DNA of 64,000 bases from Candidatus Omnitrophota bacterium (lineage in GTDB: Bacteria > Omnitrophota > Gorgyraeia > Gygaellales > Profunditerraquicolaceae): positions 270,477 to 334,476 of the forward strand of contig JBAZKL010000002.1 in NCBI GenBank assembly GCA_041650835.1, in the 5' to 3' direction. The position numbers were made by a program, and so were the translations under genes. The notes beneath the pieces were generated by a model. That model was not told where the DNA came from. It searched no databases and saw only the letters and a program-made list of their open reading frames with translations. Below, piece by piece: positions 19,624 through 28,641 of this stretch (position 1 is the stretch's first letter; every line of letters begins with the position of its first letter).

Positions 19624-20226
19624 ATGCACAGGTTCCTTACCGAGACAGTTTTTAGCTCTTTATACGGCATCATTACCGTTTTATTTGCCTGTGAACGCAT
19701 GACAGCCACGATATCCGCGGCACGGAAATCCGTAAAACAGCCCCCCCAGTTGCTCACCACTATCCCGTTGCTCACCTACTGCTTATTAGCTTTTGCGGCG
19801 GTCATTGAATATTTCATAGGGAGCAGGGCGCTCAATTACTGGATAAGCGCCTGCGGCTTCGCGATTTTTATGACCGGCATAAAACTTCGTACTGCAGCAA
19901 TTAAAGAATTTGCCGATAACTGGAATATACATATTACTGCCAAGTCCATAAAAAAGATCATAACTTCGGGGCCGTACTGTTTTGTCCGGCACCCGTATTA
20001 TTTAGCAGTCATACTTGAATTAACCGGTTTTTCATTAATTTCCAACTCATATTTTACCCTTACGGCGGTAGCGCTCATCCAACTGCCGCTGCTTTTAATG
20101 CGTATCGATCGGGAAGAAAAAGAGTTAGAAGATAAATTCCCCGGTATATATTTACCTTACAAGAAAACGGTTAACGCTTTATTGCCCGCCCTGCGGGGGC
20201 CGTTGAGGCAGACGAAAGGAAGATGA
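19624..20226 (+). CDS. ICMT/PEMT-family membrane methyltransferase, second copy
   Basis: SGPYCFVRHPYYLAVILE…REEKELEDKF core. Confidence 0.6.
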   Translation: MHRFLTETVFSSLYGIITVLFACERMTATISAARKSVKQPPQLLTTIPLLTYCLLAFAAVIEYFIGSRALNYWISACGFAIFMTGIKLRTAAIKEFADNWNIHITAKSIKKIITSGPYCFVRHPYYLAVILELTGFSLISNSYFTLTAVALIQLPLLLMRIDREEKELEDKFPGIYLPYKKTVNALLPALRGPLRQTKGR

Positions 20227-21266
20227 CCATGCATCAAGTATGCGATCTCATAAAGACTTTAGGAGCCAAGCAGGTAATTGATATTAAGAGGGCTCACGAA
20301 GAGATGTTAAAATATTCGCGCAGTTACATGACGCTCCATTGCATGGTCTGCCTCTTAAACGTCGGCTTCTTCGAAAGCATGGACGCGCAAGGAAAAGTAA
20401 ACTGCGCTGACTTCTCGCGACAGAAGCATTTAGAAAAAGAAATACTGGCTATCCTCTGTGAATACCTTTTTGCCACGCGCATGTTCGGCCGTTCGGGAAA
20501 CGACTATTTTCTAACAAAACAGGGCGCGTATTCGCTTACCTATGCTCAAGGGGCATTTTATTTCATCCACGCGTACGCTCCAATATTCGAGAACCTGGAT
20601 GCGCTGCTCAAAAAACAAAAAGTATACGGAAAAGATATTTTCCGCAGGGAAAGATCTGTTTCTAAAGCAAGCGCGGAAACCGAAAAATGGCTGCCATTCC
20701 CCATCGCCTGCGACATCATCAGGAAATACAAATTTAAAAGAGTGCTGGATCTCGGATGCGGGAGCGCCGAATTCCTCATGAGCCTCTGCAGCCGGGAAAA
20801 AGGGCTGTACGCCTGCGGCATTGATGTCTCCGCGGAATCCATCCAGTATGCCCAAGGCTTGATCAATAAGCGGGGAATGGACAAAAAAATAAGATTACTT
20901 GTTGGAGATATCTTTAAAATTGATACAATAGATGAGGATTTAGGTACTGTCGATGCCATTACCAGCATGTATGTCGTGCATGAGTTTATCGGAGATGACT
21001 TAACAAAAATAACCGAGCTTTTCAAAAAAATCAGGGCCCGATTCAGGGGCGCCTCCGTCATCATCTGCGAGCTCTGCAGGCAGCCCTCGGCACTAATACG
21101 CAAAAACGCTTCCGCTATCGCTGAACATCATCTCTTTCACGCGCTGGCCAAGCAACGCCTTCTCTCCCGGGAAGAGTGGAGGGAATTATTCAAGAAAACT
21201 GGTTATGAGGTCGTTGAAGAACGGCGCTTTGATTTCGCCAGCCAATGTTATTTTGTCTTAAAATAA
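20223..21266 (+). CDS. Class I SAM-dependent methyltransferase (O-methyltransferase-like)
   Basis: Motif I VLDLGCGSAEFL and post-I acidic LLVGDIF, with an N-terminal helical domain like small-molecule O-MT dimerisation domains. Confidence 0.65.
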   Translation: MTMHQVCDLIKTLGAKQVIDIKRAHEEMLKYSRSYMTLHCMVCLLNVGFFESMDAQGKVNCADFSRQKHLEKEILAILCEYLFATRMFGRSGNDYFLTKQGAYSLTYAQGAFYFIHAYAPIFENLDALLKKQKVYGKDIFRRERSVSKASAETEKWLPFPIACDIIRKYKFKRVLDLGCGSAEFLMSLCSREKGLYACGIDVSAESIQYAQGLINKRGMDKKIRLLVGDIFKIDTIDEDLGTVDAITSMYVVHEFIGDDLTKITELFKKIRARFRGASVIICELCRQPSALIRKNASAIAEHHLFHALAKQRLLSREEWRELFKKTGYEVVEERRFDFASQCYFVLK

Positions 21267-21273
21267 AGAAATT

Positions 21274-23454
21274 ATGAACAATTTCGCAATTTCAGCCTTA
21301 TTAACTTCCCTGACCACGTTATTTTTGGCATTATTCGTATTTATCAAGAACCCTAATGCCAAACTAAACAGGATTTTCACGCTTTATTCCTTGTGCATCG
21401 CTGTGTGGAGCTTCTTTGTCTCAATACACGGCTTTACCAGAAGCCAGGCGACATCAATGTTTGCGGCGCACGCCCTGCATATCGGCGCGGCATCTATTCC
21501 CGTCACTTTTGTGCATTTTGTCATGGTATTCCTTAACGATATAATCACCCCGTTCAAAAAATGGCTCCTGCGGCTCATGTATCTCATAGCCTGCGTATCA
21601 GCAACGGCAGGATTTACCCCTTTATTCGTAAAAGAGGTCACTGCCCGGCATAACGTCCTCTATCTCATGAAGCCCGGTGGGGTATGGTACCATCTTTTTG
21701 TATTTTATTTTGCTGCCTGCGTTTCTTACGGTTTATACCGCCTTTTCCTGGAATATATACGCTCAAAAGGCCTGCGGCATAACCAGATGAAATACCTCTT
21801 CTGGAGCTCGCTCTTTGGGTTTATCGGCGGGATCAATAATTTCCTTATCATCTATGATATCGATATATTCCCCTTGAACCCCTACGGCACGTACGCCGTA
21901 CCGCTTTATGTGTGCGTCGCCACCTATGCCATCATCAAATACCGTTTCATGGATATTAAAGTTGCCATAACCCGCACCGGTATTTTTGTGCTTGTTTACA
22001 CTTTTGTTTTAGGGATCCCCTTTGCGGTAGCATTATTGGCGAAATATTGGCTGATCAGCGTATTTAACCTTAATTGGTGGGCGGTCCCCTTGATCTTAAT
22101 GGCGGTTTTAGCGACTGTCGGCCCGTTCATTTATATTTACTTAGAAAGCAAAGCGGAGGGGAGGATCCTCAAAGAACAAAAAAGGTACCAGGACACGTTA
22201 AAACAGGCCTCGATCGGAATGACGCGCATTAGAAGCCTGCGCAGGCTTTTGGACCTGATCACCCACATCATTACCAAAACGGTGAGGATTTCTTTTGCGG
22301 CGATCTATCTTTTTCACGCGGATGAGCAGGAATTCACTTTACAGGTATGCAGGGACAGGGGAAGAGTGCTTACTAAAAAATTACCGGCGAGAAATCCTCT
22401 CTTTACCTGGCTCAACAAAAACAGGCAGCCGCTGGTATATGAAGAAGTAAAGAGGAAAATGCAGGACTTTAATGAACCGGTATACAAAACGCTGGAAGAG
22501 AACATGCGCCTGTTGACCGCGGCAGTCATAATCCCCAGCTTCCTGGAAAACAAGCTTTTAGGCTTTATTGTGCTCGGAGATAAACTTTCCGGCCAAATTT
22601 ACACGCTTGAAGACCTCAATGTTTTCCAGGTCCTTGCCAGCCAGGCAGCCTTAGCCATTGAAAACGCGCAATTCTATGAAGAAGCCAAAGAAATGCAGAG
22701 CCAGATCGCCCAGGCTGAGAAGATGGCTACTATCGGCACTATGGCTGACGGATTGTCGCACCAGATCAATAACCGCTTTTACGCGCTCTCCTTGATCGCG
22801 GGCGACACCATCGATACTATCAAAATGACCGATACTTCAGCCTGCTCCAAAGAAATAAAAGACATGTTTGAACAGATAAACCACGCCCTTGACCGCATCC
22901 AGACCAATGTTTTACAGGGAGGCGAAGTAGTGCGAGGCATCTTAAAATATACCCGTAAAGGAGATGAAGGCTTTGAAGCCCTGACCATGGACCAGATAAT
23001 CGACGGGACTCTCGCTATGGTCCAATACAAAATAAAACTTTCTGAAATAGACTTTGTCCGCGAATACCCGCAAGATCTGGCAAAAATAAAAGGCAACCTC
23101 GTACAGTTAGAAGAAGTATTCTTTAATTTTATCGATAATGCCTATGACGCTATTGTTGAACGCCGCACCATGCTCAAAGAACCGGGCTACAAAGGAAAGC
23201 TCGTCATCCACGCGAGGCGACAAGACAATATTATCCGCATAGAGGTGCAAGACAACGGGATGGGAGTAAAAGAAGAGAACTTGAACAAGCTTTTCGCACC
23301 CTTCTTTACGACAAAAGTATCTTCAAGGAGGGGGACAGGGCTTGGTTTATATGTTATCAACAAGATCATCACTGAGACCCATACTGGAAAGATATTCATA
23401 GAATCCACGCATAAATCGGGCACCCGCTTTATCGTAGAGCTGCCTGCCGCCTAA
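21274..23454 (+). CDS. Sensor histidine kinase, recent paralog of 17429-19621
   Basis: C-terminal 1.1 kb is roughly 90% identical in nucleotide sequence to 18.5-19.6 kb (…QAALAIENAQFYEEAKEMQSQIAQAEKMATIGTMADGLSHQINNRFYALSLIAGDTIDTIKMTD…). The 7TM sensor region has diverged. Confidence 0.75.
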   Translation: MNNFAISALLTSLTTLFLALFVFIKNPNAKLNRIFTLYSLCIAVWSFFVSIHGFTRSQATSMFAAHALHIGAASIPVTFVHFVMVFLNDIITPFKKWLLRLMYLIACVSATAGFTPLFVKEVTARHNVLYLMKPGGVWYHLFVFYFAACVSYGLYRLFLEYIRSKGLRHNQMKYLFWSSLFGFIGGINNFLIIYDIDIFPLNPYGTYAVPLYVCVATYAIIKYRFMDIKVAITRTGIFVLVYTFVLGIPFAVALLAKYWLISVFNLNWWAVPLILMAVLATVGPFIYIYLESKAEGRILKEQKRYQDTLKQASIGMTRIRSLRRLLDLITHIITKTVRISFAAIYLFHADEQEFTLQVCRDRGRVLTKKLPARNPLFTWLNKNRQPLVYEEVKRKMQDFNEPVYKTLEENMRLLTAAVIIPSFLENKLLGFIVLGDKLSGQIYTLEDLNVFQVLASQAALAIENAQFYEEAKEMQSQIAQAEKMATIGTMADGLSHQINNRFYALSLIAGDTIDTIKMTDTSACSKEIKDMFEQINHALDRIQTNVLQGGEVVRGILKYTRKGDEGFEALTMDQIIDGTLAMVQYKIKLSEIDFVREYPQDLAKIKGNLVQLEEVFFNFIDNAYDAIVERRTMLKEPGYKGKLVIHARRQDNIIRIEVQDNGMGVKEENLNKLFAPFFTTKVSSRRGTGLGLYVINKIITETHTGKIFIESTHKSGTRFIVELPAA

Positions 23455-23541
23455 CAGATCAATCCGCTGTATTTTTATTTCAAAAGCCCCCGTTCAAATC
23501 GTCATTGAAAAGAAAAAATATTTTTACTCCGAACTCAAAAA

Positions 23542-23550
23542 TGATATAAT
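23542..23550 (+). promoter_or_regulatory. Extended -10 element TGATATAAT upstream of the DUF2079 gene
   Basis: TG-n-TATAAT at 23542-23550, 79 nt before ATG 23629, in a 170-bp gap after the third kinase. Confidence 0.35.
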
Positions 23551-23628
23551 TGTTCATTGATCCGGAATTTAGCCATGCCGCGTATTACTTTTCGCAATTA
23601 CCGCGGCTTAAAGATATAGATAACACTC

Positions 23629-25542
23629 ATGCCTACTCGGCCGATATCCGATATAAAAGAACGCAGCGTTATTATATTTCTTACCACGAGCGTCATTCTC
23701 TATGTAGCCTTTTTAACCGTTCTTTGTTTCCTCAAATACCGCGCCTTTACGTACTGGGATTTTGACCTTGCGGTTCACTCTCAGATCATGTGGAATATGC
23801 TCCACGGATCACTCGATAGCTCTATTTTAGGGGTAAATTTCTTCGGCAACCACGTCCATCCCGTTTCCTTCTTATTTGCGCCGGTGTACATGCTGTTTCC
23901 GCATCCTCTTACACTCCTGTTCTTACAGTCCTTGGCGTTAGGAGCGGGCGCCTTCCCGCTCTACTATCTGGCAAGGCTGCTGGTTGGCTACCGATGGGCT
24001 TTGGTTATCGCATTACTATACCTTATCAATCCCTTAACGGCATATATTAATTTATACGAATTCCATCCTGTAGCTTTCTCTATCTTTTTCCTGCTCTGCG
24101 CGCTTTATTACTACCAAAAAGGCAATTTCAGGAACTACTTGCTATTTCTCTTACTCTCAATGGCCTGCCAGGAAAATATCGCTCTTGCCGCTATAGCGCT
24201 CGGCTTACACGCGCTCTCCAAACATAAAAGCCGCTCCTGGATAATCACGCCGATACTTTTAGGAACGGCTTATTTTTTACTGTGCATATTCCTCATCATA
24301 CCGCACTGCGCCAAAGGTATAATAGAATTCATTAATATATACAAACATCTCGGCGATTCATATACCGGCATCCTGCTCAAGATCGTTACCCAGCCCGGAG
24401 AAATTTTAAAGATCATGTTCTCCTGGGGGAAACTCAAGTACCTCAATGAGCTTTTCGCGTTGTTCCTGTACCTGCCGCTCTGGTCGCCTTCAAGTCTGTT
24501 TCCGGCGCTTCCTTTTCTTATTCAGCATTTATTATCCATACGGGATTCGGAAACCATGATCATGTTCCATTATACCGCGGAAATGATACCATTTCTTCTT
24601 TTCGCGTATGTCAACGGCTTAAAAAAGGTACTCTCTCAGGAATGGGTTAAAAAGAATAAACCGGCGGCGGCGGCGGCTATATTCTTAACTTCTTTTTTCC
24701 TAAGCGCTCATATGGGGCCGTATATCGGTTTGATAAACAAATATAACATTTACCTGCAAAAAAGCCCGCTCGACCTGGACAAGGAGCTCATCCTGAAGGA
24801 AATCTCACCTCATGAACCCGTAATTGCCACCTTTGAATTCCTGCCGCATCTTACTCACCGTAAATCTCTCTATTCTTTTCATCATTTATATATCGGGGTC
24901 CACACTATGTCGAAAAAGAAATATTATTTACCCCCTGACGCCCGCTCGGCATTGATAGATTTTAACGACCCTCAGACTTTCTACGCTTTTTTCAAGGATA
25001 AACCCGTGTCTACCTTTAACACCTTTATTAACTCTGACGAATGGAAAGCGCAGCGGGTGATCAATAACCTCGTTTTATTTCAAAAGGGAGAGAGCGAAAA
25101 ATACCCGCTTTACGAAATACTCAAAACGAATTCCGAAATTGAAAATAACAACCCCTGCGCGCTTAGCTGTTCAATTGAATTACTGGGACACGGCCCGGTC
25201 AAAATAAATAATACCTGTTTGGACTTTGCCGTATATTGGCGCTCCACGGGAAAAACAAACAAAGACATCGGCGTTTACTATGCCGTCGAAGATGTTGCCG
25301 GGGAAAAATGTTTTTTTAATTTATTTTCTCCGTTATGCTACACGATATTTCCCGCATATTTATGGGAACCCGGCTGTATCATAAAAGAATACAAGTATTT
25401 AAAACTGCCGAACGGCCTGCCGGAGGGAAGGTATAAACTGCTGATCACGTTCATTGACAAAATCACGAACGAAACCATAAAACCGCCGCGCGCGGATCCA
25501 AACGGGATGATCTTGTTAACCGAGTTTACCATTAATGAGTGA
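23629..25542 (+). CDS. DUF2079-family polytopic membrane protein (GT-C-like fold) with a large C-terminal soluble domain
   Basis: About 10 TM helices with the motifs …YRAFTYWDFDLAVHSQIMWN…GVNFFGNHVHP…YMLFPHP…PLYYLAR…, which I recognise as DUF2079. Confidence 0.5.
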   Translation: MPTRPISDIKERSVIIFLTTSVILYVAFLTVLCFLKYRAFTYWDFDLAVHSQIMWNMLHGSLDSSILGVNFFGNHVHPVSFLFAPVYMLFPHPLTLLFLQSLALGAGAFPLYYLARLLVGYRWALVIALLYLINPLTAYINLYEFHPVAFSIFFLLCALYYYQKGNFRNYLLFLLLSMACQENIALAAIALGLHALSKHKSRSWIITPILLGTAYFLLCIFLIIPHCAKGIIEFINIYKHLGDSYTGILLKIVTQPGEILKIMFSWGKLKYLNELFALFLYLPLWSPSSLFPALPFLIQHLLSIRDSETMIMFHYTAEMIPFLLFAYVNGLKKVLSQEWVKKNKPAAAAAIFLTSFFLSAHMGPYIGLINKYNIYLQKSPLDLDKELILKEISPHEPVIATFEFLPHLTHRKSLYSFHHLYIGVHTMSKKKYYLPPDARSALIDFNDPQTFYAFFKDKPVSTFNTFINSDEWKAQRVINNLVLFQKGESEKYPLYEILKTNSEIENNNPCALSCSIELLGHGPVKINNTCLDFAVYWRSTGKTNKDIGVYYAVEDVAGEKCFFNLFSPLCYTIFPAYLWEPGCIIKEYKYLKLPNGLPEGRYKLLITFIDKITNETIKPPRADPNGMILLTEFTINE

Positions 25543-27244
25543 GCATAACGATACGTTCAGCCAGGAGTATGTTTGTTGCAATTTATGCGGCGCCGATAAT
25601 TATACCATCGTCTATAAATCTTACTCCGGGGATATATCGGCGCTCAAGAAGGATTACGCGATAACCGACCACACGCTTGAGCCCCCGCCGCGCCTTGTCA
25701 AATGCCGGCATTGTGATCTTATATATGCTAATCCCCGTCAGCCTGCGCAAGTATTAAGTTCAACCTATAAAAGCATGAGGGACGAAGCTTATATCCAGGA
25801 GGAGAAAGGAAGGCGCTTAGCGGACCGGGCGATCTTGCGGGTACTCAAAAAAATGGGAAAAACAGGCCGGCTGCTGGAAATAGGATGCGCGACCGGGTTT
25901 TTTTTGGACGAAGCGCGAAAATCCGGATGGGAGGTTTACGGCGTGGAATTGTCATCCTGGGCAGTCAGCTATGCTCACGACAACCTTAAAATAGATTCTA
26001 TCTTCGAAAGCTCCTTGCAGGAAAAACGCTTTAACGCCAATTACTTTGACGTTGTTTTAATGAAAGACACTTTAGAACATGTCGTTGACCCCCGGGGGCT
26101 TCTCAATGAATCCAGAAGGATACTGAAAAATAACGGTATCATCTGCATTACTACCCCCGATATAGACAGCCTGATCAGCAGGATATTAAAAGCGCGCTGG
26201 TGGGGGATTAAACAGTACCATATCTATTATTTTACGCGCAAGACTTTATTCGCGATGTTAGGCGCTTGCGGTTTTATCCCGGTTAAGAACAAATCGCATA
26301 CCCGGATATTCAGCCTGCGCTATTGGATCAGCAGATTTAAATCGTATAACCGGTTCCTGCACGACTTTTTTATATTTCTCATTCAACGCCGCATAATACG
26401 CGACGTGTTGTTTCCAGTCGACTTTAAAGACCAGATCGAAGTTTACGCGAAGAAATCACGTAAGCTGGAATACTTGGAAGAGTTGGAAGCACAGCCTGAG
26501 AAAGAACACAGGAACAACCTTAAAACCGTAGTAGTACTGCCCGCGTATAACGCGGCGTTGACCCTCGCTAAGACCGTAGCTGATATTCCCCGTGAAGTTG
26601 TCGATGACATTATCCTTGTCGATGATGCCTCAACCGACCATACCGTTGCAACAGCGCGGCAATTGAAGCTGAAAGTATTTACGCACGAAAAAAACAAAGG
26701 CTACGGAGCAAACCAAAAAACCTGCTATAAAAAGGCTTTAGAACTCGGCGCAGACATTGTCATTATGGTCCACCCTGATTACCAGTACGACCCGAAAGCG
26801 ATCCGCGAGCTCATCACTCCGATAAAACAGGGTAAGGCAGATGCCGTTTTTGGCTCCCGGATGATGAAGGGGGGGGCACTCATCGGCGGCATGCCCCTCT
26901 GGAAGCAGAATGTCAATATAATCCTTACTGCTCTTCTCAATATTTCTTTCAGCACATTTCTTACGGAATATCACTCCGGCTTCAGGGCATATTCGGCAAA
27001 AGCGCTTCATTCGATCCATTACCCCTTAAATAGCGATACTTTCGTTTTTGACACCGAGATCATCGCGCAGATATTACTTCGCGGCCTTAAGATCGAAGAG
27101 ATCCCCATTCGGACCAGGTACTTTGACGAGGCGTCAACGATTAAATTCTTGCCTGCCGTTTTTTACGGCCTCGGGATATTATTAACTATCGGGAAATATA
27201 TTTTACACACGCGTACTTTTATACGCTTCAGACAATTTAAATAA
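25535..27244 (+). CDS. Fusion: class I SAM methyltransferase (N-terminal) and family-2 glycosyltransferase (C-terminal)
   Basis: N-terminal zinc-ribbon-like CCNLCG…CRHC, then MT motif I LLEIGCATGFFL. The C-terminal half carries GT2 signatures VVVLPAYNAALTL…ILVDDASTDHT…. Confidence 0.7.
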   Translation: MSEHNDTFSQEYVCCNLCGADNYTIVYKSYSGDISALKKDYAITDHTLEPPPRLVKCRHCDLIYANPRQPAQVLSSTYKSMRDEAYIQEEKGRRLADRAILRVLKKMGKTGRLLEIGCATGFFLDEARKSGWEVYGVELSSWAVSYAHDNLKIDSIFESSLQEKRFNANYFDVVLMKDTLEHVVDPRGLLNESRRILKNNGIICITTPDIDSLISRILKARWWGIKQYHIYYFTRKTLFAMLGACGFIPVKNKSHTRIFSLRYWISRFKSYNRFLHDFFIFLIQRRIIRDVLFPVDFKDQIEVYAKKSRKLEYLEELEAQPEKEHRNNLKTVVVLPAYNAALTLAKTVADIPREVVDDIILVDDASTDHTVATARQLKLKVFTHEKNKGYGANQKTCYKKALELGADIVIMVHPDYQYDPKAIRELITPIKQGKADAVFGSRMMKGGALIGGMPLWKQNVNIILTALLNISFSTFLTEYHSGFRAYSAKALHSIHYPLNSDTFVFDTEIIAQILLRGLKIEEIPIRTRYFDEASTIKFLPAVFYGLGILLTIGKYILHTRTFIRFRQFK

Positions 27245-27310
27245 GCATCCCCGTCCTTCAAAAGGAAAAACTATGCCCGGAATACGCTTACCAATACCCA
27301 AGAGCGTTAT

Positions 27311-27339
27311 TTGAAATTTCTTCACGCCTATGCTATACT
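27311..27339 (+). promoter_or_regulatory. Sigma70-type promoter TTGAAA-17-TATACT
   Basis: TTGAAA 27311-16 and TATACT 27334-39. It lies inside the 5' end of the tabulated ORF 27311-28474, so that ORF's true start is downstream. Confidence 0.4.
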
Positions 27340-27391
27340 TGGTATATTAGTTTTTCCCCAAAACAAACTCAAGAGAAACCATACAAAAAGG

Positions 27392-28474
27392 ATGCCGGCC
27401 ATGAAGAAACCCATACAGGTATTAATAGCGTTCATTGCTACCGTAATGCCTTTTTACGCGTATAGCGCCCCCATTAGACTGGAGAACAATCCCGCCTGGA
27501 AGGCTCAAATGTTCCTGGCTCAACAGATCAAAGGGATCGGGCTGATAGATTCTTACCAGGAAGACAATACAAATATCAGTTACGTCTATGACAATGCGCT
27601 GGCCGCGATCGCATCAACGGTCATGGGGAATTACGGACTGGCAAAAGAGATCCTCGTCACCTTAAGCGCCGAGGTAAAGCCTTGCGTTGACAATGTGCCG
27701 TACGAAAGTTATATGTTTTCCGATATCGCGGGGACCGGAAGCGGAGCTTCGTATTGCGGGAATTCCGCGTGGTTACTGCAAGCATATAATATTTACCAGA
27801 AACATACGAACTCGAAAGAATTTCTTACCACTCAAAAAGCGCTTGCCGATTTCCTGCTCAAGCTTCAAGACCCCAATGACGGCGGGCTGCGCGGCAGCTT
27901 CTATGACTCCTGGAAGAGCACTGAACATAATATTATCGCCTGCGCCGCGCTCTCTAATTACGGCCGGTTAAACAATCTTGTCTCATATTACAATAAAGCT
28001 CAACAAATCAAAAAGTTCATTATACGCGCCGCAATATGGGACGGCACACGCTTTAACCGCGGCCCCTATGACTCAACCGAAGTCACCGATACACAGGCAC
28101 TCGGGGTCCTCCTTTTAGGAGCAAAATACAAAGCCGCCTTAACATGGGCGGAAAATAACCTCACCTTGACTAAACCGGTAAACAATTCTACAGTGCTCAT
28201 TAAAGGGTTCGATTATAACAGCCATTTAGACACCGTCTGGATCGAAGGAACGCTCCAAATGTCATTGGCGTTCCGCAGGGCTCAAGTAACTGAAAAATAC
28301 AGCTTTTATCTCAATGAAGCCGTGAAAGCCCAGCAAAAAGACGGATCGGTCTTATTAGCGACAAACACCGGTGATGCTTCCGACTTCTGGATGCTCCAGC
28401 CTTGGAAGGCGGCCGCGCCGACAAGCTGGCTTATTTTCAATAAACTCAAGTTCAATCCTCTTGTCCTTTATTAA
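27392..28474 (+). CDS. Secreted hypothetical protein
   Basis: Signal peptide MKKPIQVLIAFIATVMPFYAYSAP. No family recognised. The start is placed downstream of the promoter. Confidence 0.5.
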   Translation: MPAMKKPIQVLIAFIATVMPFYAYSAPIRLENNPAWKAQMFLAQQIKGIGLIDSYQEDNTNISYVYDNALAAIASTVMGNYGLAKEILVTLSAEVKPCVDNVPYESYMFSDIAGTGSGASYCGNSAWLLQAYNIYQKHTNSKEFLTTQKALADFLLKLQDPNDGGLRGSFYDSWKSTEHNIIACAALSNYGRLNNLVSYYNKAQQIKKFIIRAAIWDGTRFNRGPYDSTEVTDTQALGVLLLGAKYKAALTWAENNLTLTKPVNNSTVLIKGFDYNSHLDTVWIEGTLQMSLAFRRAQVTEKYSFYLNEAVKAQQKDGSVLLATNTGDASDFWMLQPWKAAAPTSWLIFNKLKFNPLVLY

Positions 28475-28590
28475 CTCATACGACAAGCCAGGACATATTA
28501 TAATACGCCCCCGCAACCGGCGATACCATTTTAGCTTCGTTCATCTAATTTTACCCCTTCTTTATGCGGCGGCAGGTTCGAAACTTCTTC

Positions 28591-28619
28591 TTTACATTCC
28601 AAATCATATACCGTATAAT
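28591..28619 (+). promoter_or_regulatory. Sigma70-type promoter TTTACA-17-TATAAT for the secretion/pilus cluster
   Basis: TTTACA 28591-96 and TATAAT 28614-19, followed by SD AAGGGGGAGG and ATG 28642. Confidence 0.45.
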
Positions 28620-28641
28620 TTTTCGTAGATAAGGGGGAGGC

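Noticed and set aside
23550-23765. 71-aa ORF starting with TTG, overlapping the 5' end of the DUF2079 gene.
   Set aside because: It starts inside the extended -10 element, has no RBS and overlaps out of frame the well-supported ATG at 23629.
27311-27391. 5' extension of the secreted-protein ORF (MKFLHAYAILGILVFPQNKLK…).
   Set aside because: The extension contains the TTGAAA-17-TATACT promoter. The signal peptide begins at MKKP (27401) and an in-frame ATG at 27392 is preceded by a purine-rich stretch, so the true start is downstream.
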